This document shows, one piece after another, positions 8,523-18,206 of a DNA stretch of 64,000 nt. The stretch comes from Methanolobus sp. (lineage in GTDB: Archaea; Halobacteriota; Methanosarcinia; Methanosarcinales; Methanosarcinaceae): positions 8,205 to 72,204 of the forward strand of contig JARVGJ010000004.1 of the NCBI GenBank assembly GCA_029762595.1. The letters are read 5' to 3'. The notes under the pieces are model-generated. The model was not told the DNA's origin. It ran no database searches and saw nothing but the letters and a program-made list of their open reading frames with translations. The position numbers and the translations under genes were made by a program. How positions within the stretch are numbered: position 1 is the first letter of the stretch; each line of letters starts with the position of its first letter.

Positions 8523-9773
8523 GTGAACTTTTTGAATTTACCTGAAGCATCAAAGATCTATGAGAACAGTATCCATATTTTGAAAAAAAACCAGCACGAA
8601 AATGGTGGTTTCTATGCAAGTCCACCCGGAACACGTTATCCATTTATCTATCCAAGGGATCACTCGGTGGATATACTTGGAGCCATAGCTGCCGGCATGC
8701 TGTATGAGGCAAAAAAAGCACTTGAATTTGTTCTCAATGCCCAGAAACCCCTTGGGGAATTTTCCCAGCGTTATGATGTGGATGGTAATGATGCAAGTTA
8801 TAAAGACCTTCAGATCGATGGCAACGGACTTGTGCTCTTTGCGCTTGGAAAATATTTTGAAGCTACGGGTGCATCTTTTTTTGATGAAATGGCAGACAGG
8901 GCTTTCATTGAAAAACACTGGGAAAAGATAGAGAAGGCCGTTCAGTTCATCCTTATGAATAAAAATGAAGAAGTCGACCTTATACATACCATCAACAGCA
9001 TCCACGAATATCCTGCGTATGAACACGGTTTTGAGATATATGCAAATTGCGCCTGTTGTGCCGGAATGATCGCAGCTGTTAAAATGGGTCATGCCATAGG
9101 TAAGGATGTTTCAGACTGGGAGGTTGAAGCAGAGAAGGTCAGACAGTCAATAATGACTCGCCTTTATAGCCCCAGAAGAAGGTCCTTTATCAAGTGCATC
9201 CGGGTCAAAGATCGTAACAGCAAGCCCATTGGTTATGATGCCTTTGCCTCTACGGTAATAGACGTGGATGTAGTTGAATACGCTCCTGCCTACTTTGAAC
9301 TTGTAAGTGACCATGATACAAAGATCAGGTCTACAGTCAAAAGGATACATGAAAATTTATGGGACCATGAGATAGGCGGGCTTAACAGGTATCCCGAGTA
9401 CTGGGGAAGGAACAATGGAGGATATGGACCTTGGTGTCACTTTACATGCCAACTGGCAAACCATTACGCAGAAACCGATAACATGGACATGGCCGAGATG
9501 TACCTTGGATGGGTAGTGGATATGGCGCATAACCATATGCTTCCCGAGCATATTTCTACCATCGACAGATTTGAGCTATGGCTTGAGGATTACACGAATG
9601 CCATGATACTAAGGGACAGCAAGATGACCATGATAGAAAACGTGAGATCGCATACTAAATGGAACGATGGTCTTGCATATGTGACAATACCCCTCATATG
9701 GCCTCATGCTGAATATATCCGTGCCTACAGGAATTTCATTAACAGATTTGATAATGCTTATGCTTTCAAATGA
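8523..9773 (+). CDS. Glycoside hydrolase family 15 (glucoamylase-like catalytic domain)
   Basis: Archaeal GH15 signature GGFYASPPGTRYPFIYPRDHSV near the N-terminus, with an (alpha/alpha)6-type length of 416 aa. GTG start. Confidence 0.8.
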   Translation: MNFLNLPEASKIYENSIHILKKNQHENGGFYASPPGTRYPFIYPRDHSVDILGAIAAGMLYEAKKALEFVLNAQKPLGEFSQRYDVDGNDASYKDLQIDGNGLVLFALGKYFEATGASFFDEMADRAFIEKHWEKIEKAVQFILMNKNEEVDLIHTINSIHEYPAYEHGFEIYANCACCAGMIAAVKMGHAIGKDVSDWEVEAEKVRQSIMTRLYSPRRRSFIKCIRVKDRNSKPIGYDAFASTVIDVDVVEYAPAYFELVSDHDTKIRSTVKRIHENLWDHEIGGLNRYPEYWGRNNGGYGPWCHFTCQLANHYAETDNMDMAEMYLGWVVDMAHNHMLPEHISTIDRFELWLEDYTNAMILRDSKMTMIENVRSHTKWNDGLAYVTIPLIWPHAEYIRAYRNFINRFDNAYAFK

Positions 9774-9843
9774 ATGTCTAAAGCACACAATCAGTATCAA
9801 AATAATAATTAAATAGGAGTAATTTATAAGGGAGTGGCACAGA

Positions 9844-11058
9844 GTGGATTTCTATCAGGAGAAAATAACTACAATACATGATTATTCAAACGATGGCGAG
9901 AAGATCATATACCATTTACAAGAGCTTGCTATCAGCAGACGTTCGGCCTTGATAATTCCAATGTTGTATCAGGAACTAGAAAGTCCAAGCCTTGCAAATA
10001 TAGTATATGAGCTGAACAAATGTAATTTCATATCAGAGGTAATAATTTCACTTGCTGCGGACAGTAAAGACGAATATGAGGATGTTGTACGTTTTTTCCA
10101 CAACCTCAATCTGACCCATATTATAATCTGGTGTAATGGTCCCTCTGTTACCAGCGTAATCAATTGTATGAAAGCAAAGGACCTCGATATTTCCCAGTTC
10201 CGGGGAAAAGGAAAAGATGTCTGGATAGCCATAGGTATCGCAAGCCTGGATGCATACGCTATTGTTCTTCATGATGCGGATATAGTAACCTATTCAAAGG
10301 ACTTCACTGCAAAACTGCTTTACCCGATACTAAACCCAAAGCTTAACTTCCTTTTTAACAAAGGTTATTATGCTCGTATCAATAAGGAAAACAGGATGAT
10401 GTACGGAAGGGTGTTCCGTCTTTTTGTCCGGCCCTTCATTGAAGCCCTGAAGCAGGATGTAGCTGACAGGTCTGAGGTACTTGATTATCTCCAGTCTTTC
10501 AGATATATACTCGCAGGCGAGTTTGCCCTCACATCAGATCTGGCACTTCACCTGAGAATACCTTCAGACTGGGGTCTGGAAGTCGGCCTGCTTGCAGAGG
10601 TCTACAGGAACAGTTCACTGAAACGTACATGCCAGACGGACCTGGGGTTCTATGACCACAAACACAAAGAGACGGGAAAAGATATCAGTGAAGGGCTATC
10701 AAAGATGGTTAGTGATATTGTATTGACATTGCTTAGAATAACCAATGAGACAACAAGCATCCAGATATCCAGTTCCTTCATTCAGGGATTGTATGTGAAA
10801 TATCTACGCTTTGCACAGGATCTTATAAGGCAGCACTATGCTGATGCTGTGTGCAATGACCTGATATACGACAGGCATGTAGAAGAAAAGTATGTGGAAG
10901 TCTTCTCTGAGATCCTTCTTAAAAGTGGCAACATATACCTGGAAGTTCCCCCAAGTATCCAGATGCCCGACTGGAAGCGGGCACTTTCTGCACTACCTGA
11001 CCTGAGAGAACAGCTAAAGAAAGCAGCTTTAAAAGATCTCGAACATATTCAGATCTAA
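9844..11058 (+). CDS. GT-A fold glycosyltransferase resembling glucosyl-3-phosphoglycerate synthase (GpgS-like)
   Basis: Motif series GKGKDVWIAIG, LHDADIV (DxD), KGYYARI and YGRVFRLFVRPFI parallels GKGEA.W / DADL / K.FY.RP / GGRVTEL..RPL as I recall them for GpgS. GTG start 9 nt after AAGGGAG. Confidence 0.55.
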   Translation: MDFYQEKITTIHDYSNDGEKIIYHLQELAISRRSALIIPMLYQELESPSLANIVYELNKCNFISEVIISLAADSKDEYEDVVRFFHNLNLTHIIIWCNGPSVTSVINCMKAKDLDISQFRGKGKDVWIAIGIASLDAYAIVLHDADIVTYSKDFTAKLLYPILNPKLNFLFNKGYYARINKENRMMYGRVFRLFVRPFIEALKQDVADRSEVLDYLQSFRYILAGEFALTSDLALHLRIPSDWGLEVGLLAEVYRNSSLKRTCQTDLGFYDHKHKETGKDISEGLSKMVSDIVLTLLRITNETTSIQISSSFIQGLYVKYLRFAQDLIRQHYADAVCNDLIYDRHVEEKYVEVFSEILLKSGNIYLEVPPSIQMPDWKRALSALPDLREQLKKAALKDLEHIQI

Positions 11059-11160
11059 ACCCTGTAAATCAAAAAGTATATTATCTGCCCAGTATAAGTC
11101 TATTATGATATTTTGAACATCATCATTCATAGGGAGATATTTCACGGGATATGAAGGTGT

Positions 11161-12843
11161 ATGGATACAATCGATAATGTCTTTTCCGTAAAAGGACGTA
11201 AGATCGCTTATTTTTCAATGGAGATAGGTTTGAAGAACGAGATCCCCACATATAGTGGAGGACTGGGAATACTTGCAGGCGATACCATACGTGCAAGTGC
11301 TGATCTGGGTCTTCCGCTCATTGCGGTCACACTTATCAATAAAAGAGGTTACTTCATTCAGAAGCTTGATTATGCTGGAAGGCAGTCGGAGCATCCGCAT
11401 GAATGGTCTCCATCTGACTATATGGAGCTTCTCCCCGAAGAAGTGACCGTACAGATACAAAACCGGGATGTGAAGGTCAGAGCGTGGCTTTATGAACACC
11501 GAAGCCACACTGAAGAGACGGTTCCTGTGATATTCCTGGATACCGATGTTGAGGCAAATACCCCTGAAGACCGGCAGATAACCTACAGCCTCTATGGAGG
11601 AAACAGGAAATACAGGCTGGAACAGGAAATGGTGCTTGGAATTGGTGGTGTCAGGATGTTGAAGACCCTGAGCTGTCCAATAACAAAGTATCATATGAAC
11701 GAAGGTCACTCCAGCCTCCTTGCCCTTGAATTACTACACCTCAACTATATGAACCAGGACAAGGTCAAAGAACTCTGTGTTTTTACTACCCACACACCGG
11801 TAAAAAGCGGGCATGATATATTCTCACATGAGCTTGTACTTGAATTAATAGGTAATAACGATGATATTAATATTCTCAAAAAATATGGCGGAGAGACGGA
11901 ACTTAACATGACCCTGCTTGGCATGAACCTTTCAAACTATGTAAATGGTGTAGCAAAAAGACACAGGCAGATCTCTGAAAAGATGTTTCCCGGCTACAAG
12001 TTCTATTCCATCACAAATGGAGTACATTCCCACACATGGGTTTGCCCGCATTTCAGGAAGCTGTATGATAAGTACCTGCCTGGCTGGGCAAATGAACCGG
12101 AGCTGTTGGTACGCGTCCGGAGCATACCGGATAATGAGATATGGGATGCCCACAGGCTTGCAAAGAAAGAGCTCATCGACCATGTGAACAATGAATGTGG
12201 AACCGACATGGCTTATGACATACTGACCATTGGTTTTGCAAGGCGCATCACAGAATACAAAAGGCCAACCTTCATCTTTTCGGATCTGAACCGCTTAAGA
12301 AAGGTCAATGAAACCGGAAAGATACAACTTGTCTTTGCAGGAAAAGCACATCCCATGGATATTCAGGGGAAGATGTTCATTGAAAAGATATTTGGCTATA
12401 TAAAAGAACTAAAGGGAGAAATAAAGATCGCTTTCCTGGAAAACTATAACATGGACCTTTCCCTGAAAATAGTATCAGGTGTGGATATATGGCTTAACAC
12501 ACCTAAGAAACCACTTGAAGCCTCCGGTACAAGCGGGATGAAAGCAGCCCACAACGGGGTAGTCAATTTCAGTGTGCTTGACGGATGGTGGATAGAAGGA
12601 TGTGTAGAAGGTGTGAATGGTTATTCGATCGGGCCAAAACCGGATGCGGATAAATCTGCGGAGCAGGTTGAAATGATGGAACTGGACGATCTTTACAATA
12701 AACTGGAATATATAATGGTGCCTAAATACTATCACAGAAAGGATGAGTGGATCAATGTTATGAACAATTCCATTGAAATGATAGCATATTACTTCAACAG
12801 CCACCGTATGATGCACCGTTATGTTACGGAAGCCTATCTTTGA
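11161..12843 (+). CDS. Alpha-glucan (glycogen/maltodextrin) phosphorylase, GT35 family, short archaeal type
   Basis: GGLGILAGD near the N-terminus and the PLP-lysine motif EASGTSGMKAAHNG. 560 aa. Confidence 0.9.
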   Translation: MDTIDNVFSVKGRKIAYFSMEIGLKNEIPTYSGGLGILAGDTIRASADLGLPLIAVTLINKRGYFIQKLDYAGRQSEHPHEWSPSDYMELLPEEVTVQIQNRDVKVRAWLYEHRSHTEETVPVIFLDTDVEANTPEDRQITYSLYGGNRKYRLEQEMVLGIGGVRMLKTLSCPITKYHMNEGHSSLLALELLHLNYMNQDKVKELCVFTTHTPVKSGHDIFSHELVLELIGNNDDINILKKYGGETELNMTLLGMNLSNYVNGVAKRHRQISEKMFPGYKFYSITNGVHSHTWVCPHFRKLYDKYLPGWANEPELLVRVRSIPDNEIWDAHRLAKKELIDHVNNECGTDMAYDILTIGFARRITEYKRPTFIFSDLNRLRKVNETGKIQLVFAGKAHPMDIQGKMFIEKIFGYIKELKGEIKIAFLENYNMDLSLKIVSGVDIWLNTPKKPLEASGTSGMKAAHNGVVNFSVLDGWWIEGCVEGVNGYSIGPKPDADKSAEQVEMMELDDLYNKLEYIMVPKYYHRKDEWINVMNNSIEMIAYYFNSHRMMHRYVTEAYL

Positions 12844-12932
12844 TAGGGGGCTTCAAAGTTATTTCCATAAAAACTCTTTGAACAAAGCTTTTTTGATATA
12901 GTTAAGCCTAATGATAAGAGATGACAGCTTCA

Positions 12933-14075
12933 TCATAGTTTCTTTTTGAGTATATCGCATTTGAGGTCTTCGAATATTTTCGCATTTTCACGGATAGCGG
13001 TTTCAGCTTCTATAAAATCCATATCCTTGCATTCATTGTAAAATCCGATGAACCTTGCAAGCCACAGTACCCTGAGAGCGTCTATAAGCATAATATCCTC
13101 TGTCTGTGAATACTCTGAAAAGAGATACCATGCGCATCTGGCCCAGTCATTTGCGTCAAGTGATGCGTTCCCGTCAGGAAAAAAACGTGTTATTCGCAGC
13201 ACATCTTCCGGTAATATCCTTTCAAATATATCGTAATATTCATTGTAGCGTATTGCTACGGTCTCAAGCATTTTTTCTCTGTTAACTTCCACCGGAACAG
13301 GGATGGGGCCATAATAATCGGATACTATAACATCGGTTTTTGCAGGTCTTTGGTTGCGGTGTGAGTAATAGATAGCAAGATCGAACATGGTTGTAACAAC
13401 CTGACGGAACATTGGTATCAGGGAGGATTCGGGATCCAAGTATTTGGTTGTGGACTCATGGAGCTTCAATCCAAGCATTGCTTCCCTGATACGTTTTCTT
13501 TCTGCTGCAGCTACTGTTGTAATGAATATATCAATCCCAAAATCAGAAGGAAAAAGCGGATGGTTAAGCAAAATTATCATCAGTTCCCTTGAAATGCAGA
13601 ACTCTCCCCCGATGGGTTGCCTTATATCACTGCCATAGTAGGCTTTTGTGAAAGGATATGCCAGGTTATTGGTGATCACGCCATCGAATTTATCACGCAC
13701 GTAGAAAGGTACCACAAGGTCCGCTCTTCCGTAAAGTACAGGCCTTGCCATTTCCTGGATCCATTCCTCCTTTATGGATAACAGGTCACCGTCAACAAAT
13801 GCAATTGCTTTTGACCTTACATGATTTGCTATTTCCATGACGGTGTGGATGCCATCTCCTTTCCCGGGAACACCCATTTGCTCCACTACCAGTTTTTGTA
13901 CAGGCTGTATCTGGAACATACCTGCAAGTTCTGCAGTCCGGTCAGTTGAGAAGCCATCTGAAATAACAACCAGGGTCCTGTACTGTGACAGGTATTGCAA
14001 CACACCTTCACGAACAACATTCATTACATGAAGTATAGTAGGTTCTACATTTTTGGTCAGAATACCGATGACCAC
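12933..14075 (-). CDS. GT-A fold (GT2-like) glycosyltransferase
   Basis: VISDGFSTDRT, GKGDG and FVDGDLL (DxD) motifs. GTG start; the frame stays open 123 nt further upstream without any canonical start (see findings). Confidence 0.7.
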   Translation of the reverse strand: MVIGILTKNVEPTILHVMNVVREGVLQYLSQYRTLVVISDGFSTDRTAELAGMFQIQPVQKLVVEQMGVPGKGDGIHTVMEIANHVRSKAIAFVDGDLLSIKEEWIQEMARPVLYGRADLVVPFYVRDKFDGVITNNLAYPFTKAYYGSDIRQPIGGEFCISRELMIILLNHPLFPSDFGIDIFITTVAAAERKRIREAMLGLKLHESTTKYLDPESSLIPMFRQVVTTMFDLAIYYSHRNQRPAKTDVIVSDYYGPIPVPVEVNREKMLETVAIRYNEYYDIFERILPEDVLRITRFFPDGNASLDANDWARCAWYLFSEYSQTEDIMLIDALRVLWLARFIGFYNECKDMDFIEAETAIRENAKIFEDLKCDILKKKL

Positions 14076-14374
14076 ATCTATCTGTCCTATCCCTTCAAGT
14101 TTATTCAGGACGCCCTGGCTAAGTTCCGTATAACTCCCCCTTATAAGAAGCCTTGTGTCCAGTTTTCCGTTTGATTTACATATTATATATTGCTCAAGTT
14201 AATGTTTTATTTGACACTTTAATAGTTTTACCCCCATGCACTCCTCTGCAGAAATTATCTTTTTTAATCCCCATGTGCCTGTGTATAGTATGATATATAT
14301 CAATCCACCATTGTTAAATAGGGGGCCCGATATCTAAACCATACATATGACAATCACATTATTATCCATTTCAG

Positions 14375-15442
14375 GTGACATCTTTGATCGGAAAACTTGC
14401 AGAAGATAGGGTAAAAGCCGGAAAACAGGCTATAAATGAGCTTTACAATACCGGGTATTACGGACGCCCAAAGGGTGATACACTTGAACTCACGCTTGTT
14501 GAGGCTGCATATCTGCTTTACAAGAAGAAGCTTGAGATCACCATTGACGAAAAGACACTTGAGTTTGAGGAGTTTTTCATTGAAGCATCAAAAAGGCAAC
14601 TGTTCTTTGAACTAAAATATATAGTTTACAAGGACCTACGTGAGAGAGGCTACTACGTACAGCCCAGTGTTACGGATTTCAGGGTATACCCCAGAGGCGG
14701 TCATCCTGGAAAGACACAGGCTAAGATGTTTGTTTACGTCAGATCTGAGCGTATACCTATGCTCCTTAAAGATCTCCTTTCTGCCTACAATGCAGCTGCA
14801 AATGTGCACAAACAAATGGTGCTTGCAATTGTTGATGAGGAAAGTGACCTCACCTATTACGAAGTGAAAAAGATTGATATAAATGGGAAGATGGATGCAT
14901 CCCCTTTGAAAGAGGATATCATTCCTGCAACTATGCTGGAGGACCGTGTACTTGTATGGAACAAACAGGCTTCTGACAGCCTTTATGAACGCGGGTTCTA
15001 TGGTAAACCTCTTGATGATGAGCGTCTCCAGTTATCCCTTGTGGAATCCGCATATCTGTTGAAGCAGGGTGTCATTGATATAAAAGATGGCACCGACGGA
15101 CGTATAATTGGGATAGAGCAGTTCTCTGAAATGGCATCTTCCATCGATCCGGATTTTGCACGTAAGTACAACACCTATGTTGATCTGCGCAGCAGAGGAT
15201 CCGTTCCTAAGACTGGTTTTAAGTTCGGTACTCACTTCAGGGTCTATAATGAGGTCATGTCACTGGAAAAACTGACCCACTCCGAATATCTGATCCATGC
15301 AATTCCCCAGGATTATGAGTTCCTGCTTCCTGTCATGTCAAGGGCCGTAAGGCTTGCAAACAGTGTCAGGAAACATATGTTATATGCTGTGGAGTATGCA
15401 GACGGTATAGAGTACATCGATATTGGAAGAATAAAGATGTGA
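14375..15442 (+). CDS. endA: tRNA-splicing endonuclease, long tandem-duplicated (alpha2) form
   Basis: Two repeats of the EndA fold: YGRPKGDTLELTLVEAAYLL...FRVYPRG and FYGKPLDDERLQLSLVESAYLL...GFKFGTHFRVY...HSEYLIHA. The start could instead be TTG at 14384, after AGGTGA. Confidence 0.9.
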   Translation: MTSLIGKLAEDRVKAGKQAINELYNTGYYGRPKGDTLELTLVEAAYLLYKKKLEITIDEKTLEFEEFFIEASKRQLFFELKYIVYKDLRERGYYVQPSVTDFRVYPRGGHPGKTQAKMFVYVRSERIPMLLKDLLSAYNAAANVHKQMVLAIVDEESDLTYYEVKKIDINGKMDASPLKEDIIPATMLEDRVLVWNKQASDSLYERGFYGKPLDDERLQLSLVESAYLLKQGVIDIKDGTDGRIIGIEQFSEMASSIDPDFARKYNTYVDLRSRGSVPKTGFKFGTHFRVYNEVMSLEKLTHSEYLIHAIPQDYEFLLPVMSRAVRLANSVRKHMLYAVEYADGIEYIDIGRIKM

Positions 15443-15527
15443 AATGTGCATTTCGACGTTTGCAGGAATGTAAAGCACATGTAAGAACCGCTCAAACTTA
15501 TATAATATACTGACTTTGCTTTAGAAG

Positions 15528-15920
15528 ATGTTTGACATAATTGCAGTTGATATTTCCGGACGTCACAAGCTACATGAAGAATACCTTATGGTATGTGCAG
15601 CTGTTGCTGCATCCGTTACTGCAGACCACATTGAGAAGGTCAAACAGATAACCATAAGAACATTCAGGAGCAAGGAAGCACCCGATGTTCATGATGTTGT
15701 GAAAATGGTTGAGAACACTGTTTCCGCACTTAAGTTTAAAGGTACGATAGTCACAGAATCCGGGGATATGTACAATAAACCCCAATGGGTTATTGATAGT
15801 ATGTTCTTCCAGGATTTCAAATATCAGGAATCCATGGGAGAGAGAAGATGTATGGAAATTGCACATCATGTCTCGCTTGGTGCAAGGAAGCTCCTTCTTA
15901 AAGAACTGGAAATCCATTAA
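15528..15920 (+). CDS. Conserved-looking hypothetical protein (130 aa)
   Basis: Clean ORF between endA and hflX, ending 17 nt before hflX. No confident family call. Confidence 0.55.
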   Translation: MFDIIAVDISGRHKLHEEYLMVCAAVAASVTADHIEKVKQITIRTFRSKEAPDVHDVVKMVENTVSALKFKGTIVTESGDMYNKPQWVIDSMFFQDFKYQESMGERRCMEIAHHVSLGARKLLLKELEIH

Positions 15921-15937
15921 TATAGTCAGGTCTCCTT

Positions 15938-17188
15938 ATGAAAAGTGCCATTCTTGTAAAAAGAAACGAACCCCGTGAAGAGGATAAAAGGAACCAGAAC
16001 CAGATGAGTGAGCTCAGGGAACTGGCAGAAGCTGCAGGTTATGAGGTCTTGGGAGAGTTGACACAGACCAGGTATCCGGACAGGAAATTCCATCTTGGAC
16101 GGGGTAAACTGGATGAACTTGCACAGATTGTTGCTGACCTTGTTCCGGACAAAGTGATCTTCTATAATCCCCTCACAACGATGCAAATATACAATATATC
16201 AGAAACATGTCGTTGCGAGACTATAGATAAATTCCAGCTCATTCTAGAGATATTTGCTACCCGGGCCACCACGCATCGTTCCAAGTTGCAGGTTGAACTT
16301 GCAAGGCTCGAATATGAACTTCCCCGTGCCAGGGCCGTGATCTCACTTTTGAAAAAGGATGAAAGGCCTGGTTTTATGGGACTTGGTGGTTATGAGGACT
16401 CTTATGCCCAGGATGTAAAGAACCGCATGATACGTATCCGAAAGGAACTGGAGACCATAAAGAAGGACAACGAATCACTCCGCATCCTCAGACATTCACG
16501 GGGGTTTTCATTGCTTGCTCTTGCCGGATACACCAATGCCGGAAAGAGTACTCTGTTCAATTCTCTTGTAGACGAGGAGGTTACAGCCAGGGATATGCTG
16601 TTCACCACGCTGCTGCCCACAACACGCTCACTCAATGTAGGTGGGCGAAGAGTACTGCTTACGGATACTGTTGGATTTATAGAAGATCTGCCTCACTGGA
16701 TGGTAGATGCCTTCAGGTCCACCCTTGAAGAGATATTCCTTGCAGATATTGTGCTTCTTGTAGTTGATGCCTCTGAACCCCTGGAAACTATACGTAACAA
16801 ATTACTTGTATGCCACCAGACCATGTGGGACCAGATGCAGGATGTATCGATTGTGACTGTTTTCAATAAGAAGGACCTTGTCTGTGAAGAAGAACTTCAT
16901 ATGAAAATACAAGAACTTTCTTACCTTGCTCCCGAACCTGTTGCGGTGTCTGCAAGGAATATGGATGGATTCGATGAACTGAAGTCACGGATAGATAACA
17001 TGCTTCCCGTCTGGGAGAGGGTAAGTCTTTCAATCCCCATGTCCGAAGAGGGAATGTCTTTATTAGCATGGATATTTGACGAGGGCCTTGTCCACAGCGT
17101 TGATTATGGGGATAATATCTCTGTTGACTTTGAAGCAAGGGAGAAGATCATAAGTAAAGCCATTTCTATGGTTGAAAAACTATCCTGA
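15938..17188 (+). CDS. hflX: GTPase HflX
   Basis: HflX N-terminal domain followed by a G domain with GYTNAGKSTLFNSL (G1), DTVGFI (G3) and NKKD (G4). Confidence 0.9.
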   Translation: MKSAILVKRNEPREEDKRNQNQMSELRELAEAAGYEVLGELTQTRYPDRKFHLGRGKLDELAQIVADLVPDKVIFYNPLTTMQIYNISETCRCETIDKFQLILEIFATRATTHRSKLQVELARLEYELPRARAVISLLKKDERPGFMGLGGYEDSYAQDVKNRMIRIRKELETIKKDNESLRILRHSRGFSLLALAGYTNAGKSTLFNSLVDEEVTARDMLFTTLLPTTRSLNVGGRRVLLTDTVGFIEDLPHWMVDAFRSTLEEIFLADIVLLVVDASEPLETIRNKLLVCHQTMWDQMQDVSIVTVFNKKDLVCEEELHMKIQELSYLAPEPVAVSARNMDGFDELKSRIDNMLPVWERVSLSIPMSEEGMSLLAWIFDEGLVHSVDYGDNISVDFEAREKIISKAISMVEKLS

Positions 17189-17262
17189 ACTAATACTGTT
17201 TGGTACTAAATTATTTTATCAAGGGCGTTATATATATATGCTAGGAAGTCGTTAGTATGCAT

Positions 17263-17353
17263 GCGAACGGGTGAACTTCTCTAATGTACCACCAATCCTA
17301 TCCAACCACCCAACCACCAAAATTCTATTTTCCCGTTCGCACAACTCCTTTTT
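17263..17353 (+). ncRNA. Candidate small RNA: 9-bp GC-rich stem enclosing a C/A-rich loop with three CCACC motifs
   Basis: GCGAACGGG (17263-17271) pairs with CCCGTTCGC (17332-17340). The loop carries gtaCCACCaatcctatccaaCCACCcaaCCACCaaa. A TATA-like GTTATATATATATG (17227-17240) lies about 25-30 nt upstream, and a T5 run (17349-17353) follows the stem. Confidence 0.3.
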
Positions 17354-17385
17354 AAATATCTTTATAAACACTGAAGAGTTATATT

Positions 17386-18063
17386 ATGCCCATGAAGTTT
17401 GACCTTCACGTCCATTCCTGTTATTCCAAGGATAGTAATGCAAGTCCCGATGATATACTTAAGCATGCAGCCAGAAACGGGCTTCATGGTTTTGCCATAT
17501 GCGACCATGACACCATAGAAGGAGGCATCGCATGTGCCACAAGGGCACAGGAAACCGGTTCAAAGCAACTTGTTATCCCAGGTGTGGAAGTGAGTTCCTC
17601 CAAAGGACATATTCTTGTCCTTGGTGCCAGGGAAAATATAGAACCCGGCCTGAGTCCTGAAGAAACTATCAAAAAAGCACGTCATCAAGGAGCTGTTGTG
17701 ATAATCCCTCATCCATTTAAGGTCACATCCCATGGCATAGGTTATGTGCAGGGCCTGGATACTGATGCTGTTGAGGTCCTCAATTCCCGCTGTATCACAG
17801 ACGGACCCAACAATAAAGCCAGGAAAGCCTCTCTGGAACTGGGACTGCCCATGGTCGGAGGAAGTGATTCCCATGAAGCGGAAATGGTTGGGAGGTCATA
17901 CACGGAGATAGAGGCCGATCACCTGACAATTGAAAGTGTGCTGGATGCCATACGCAAGGGAAATACAAGACCTGGTGGAAGTAAAACACCGGCATCTTTT
18001 GTCGTAAGGCAAATGTTGCTGGGACATATGAACAAGCTTGGAAGGTTTCTTGGAATAAGATAG
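17386..18063 (+). CDS. PHP-domain metal-dependent phosphoesterase
   Basis: DLHVHSCYSKDS and AICDHD motifs. TTTAAATA (17351-17358) lies about 30 nt upstream of the ATG as a TATA box. Confidence 0.85.
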   Translation: MPMKFDLHVHSCYSKDSNASPDDILKHAARNGLHGFAICDHDTIEGGIACATRAQETGSKQLVIPGVEVSSSKGHILVLGARENIEPGLSPEETIKKARHQGAVVIIPHPFKVTSHGIGYVQGLDTDAVEVLNSRCITDGPNNKARKASLELGLPMVGGSDSHEAEMVGRSYTEIEADHLTIESVLDAIRKGNTRPGGSKTPASFVVRQMLLGHMNKLGRFLGIR

Positions 18064-18206
18064 TAAATAGGACAGTAAATAAGGTAAAATAATGCAGTGT
18101 ACTTTTGAAAAATGATGAACGATTCAGATCAGTGGAAGTATTCCCGGGATGTCTTCTGGTCTTTCCAGTATGGTGATACCTTCAAGATCCCTGATGATAT
18201 CGACAT

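Noticed and set aside
17290-17322. Two-tetrad G-quadruplex on the minus strand (GGTGGTTGGGTGGTTGG)
   Set aside because: Only GG runs are present, giving weak two-layer G4 potential. The motif is more economically explained as the complement of the CCACC loop of the candidate + strand sRNA.
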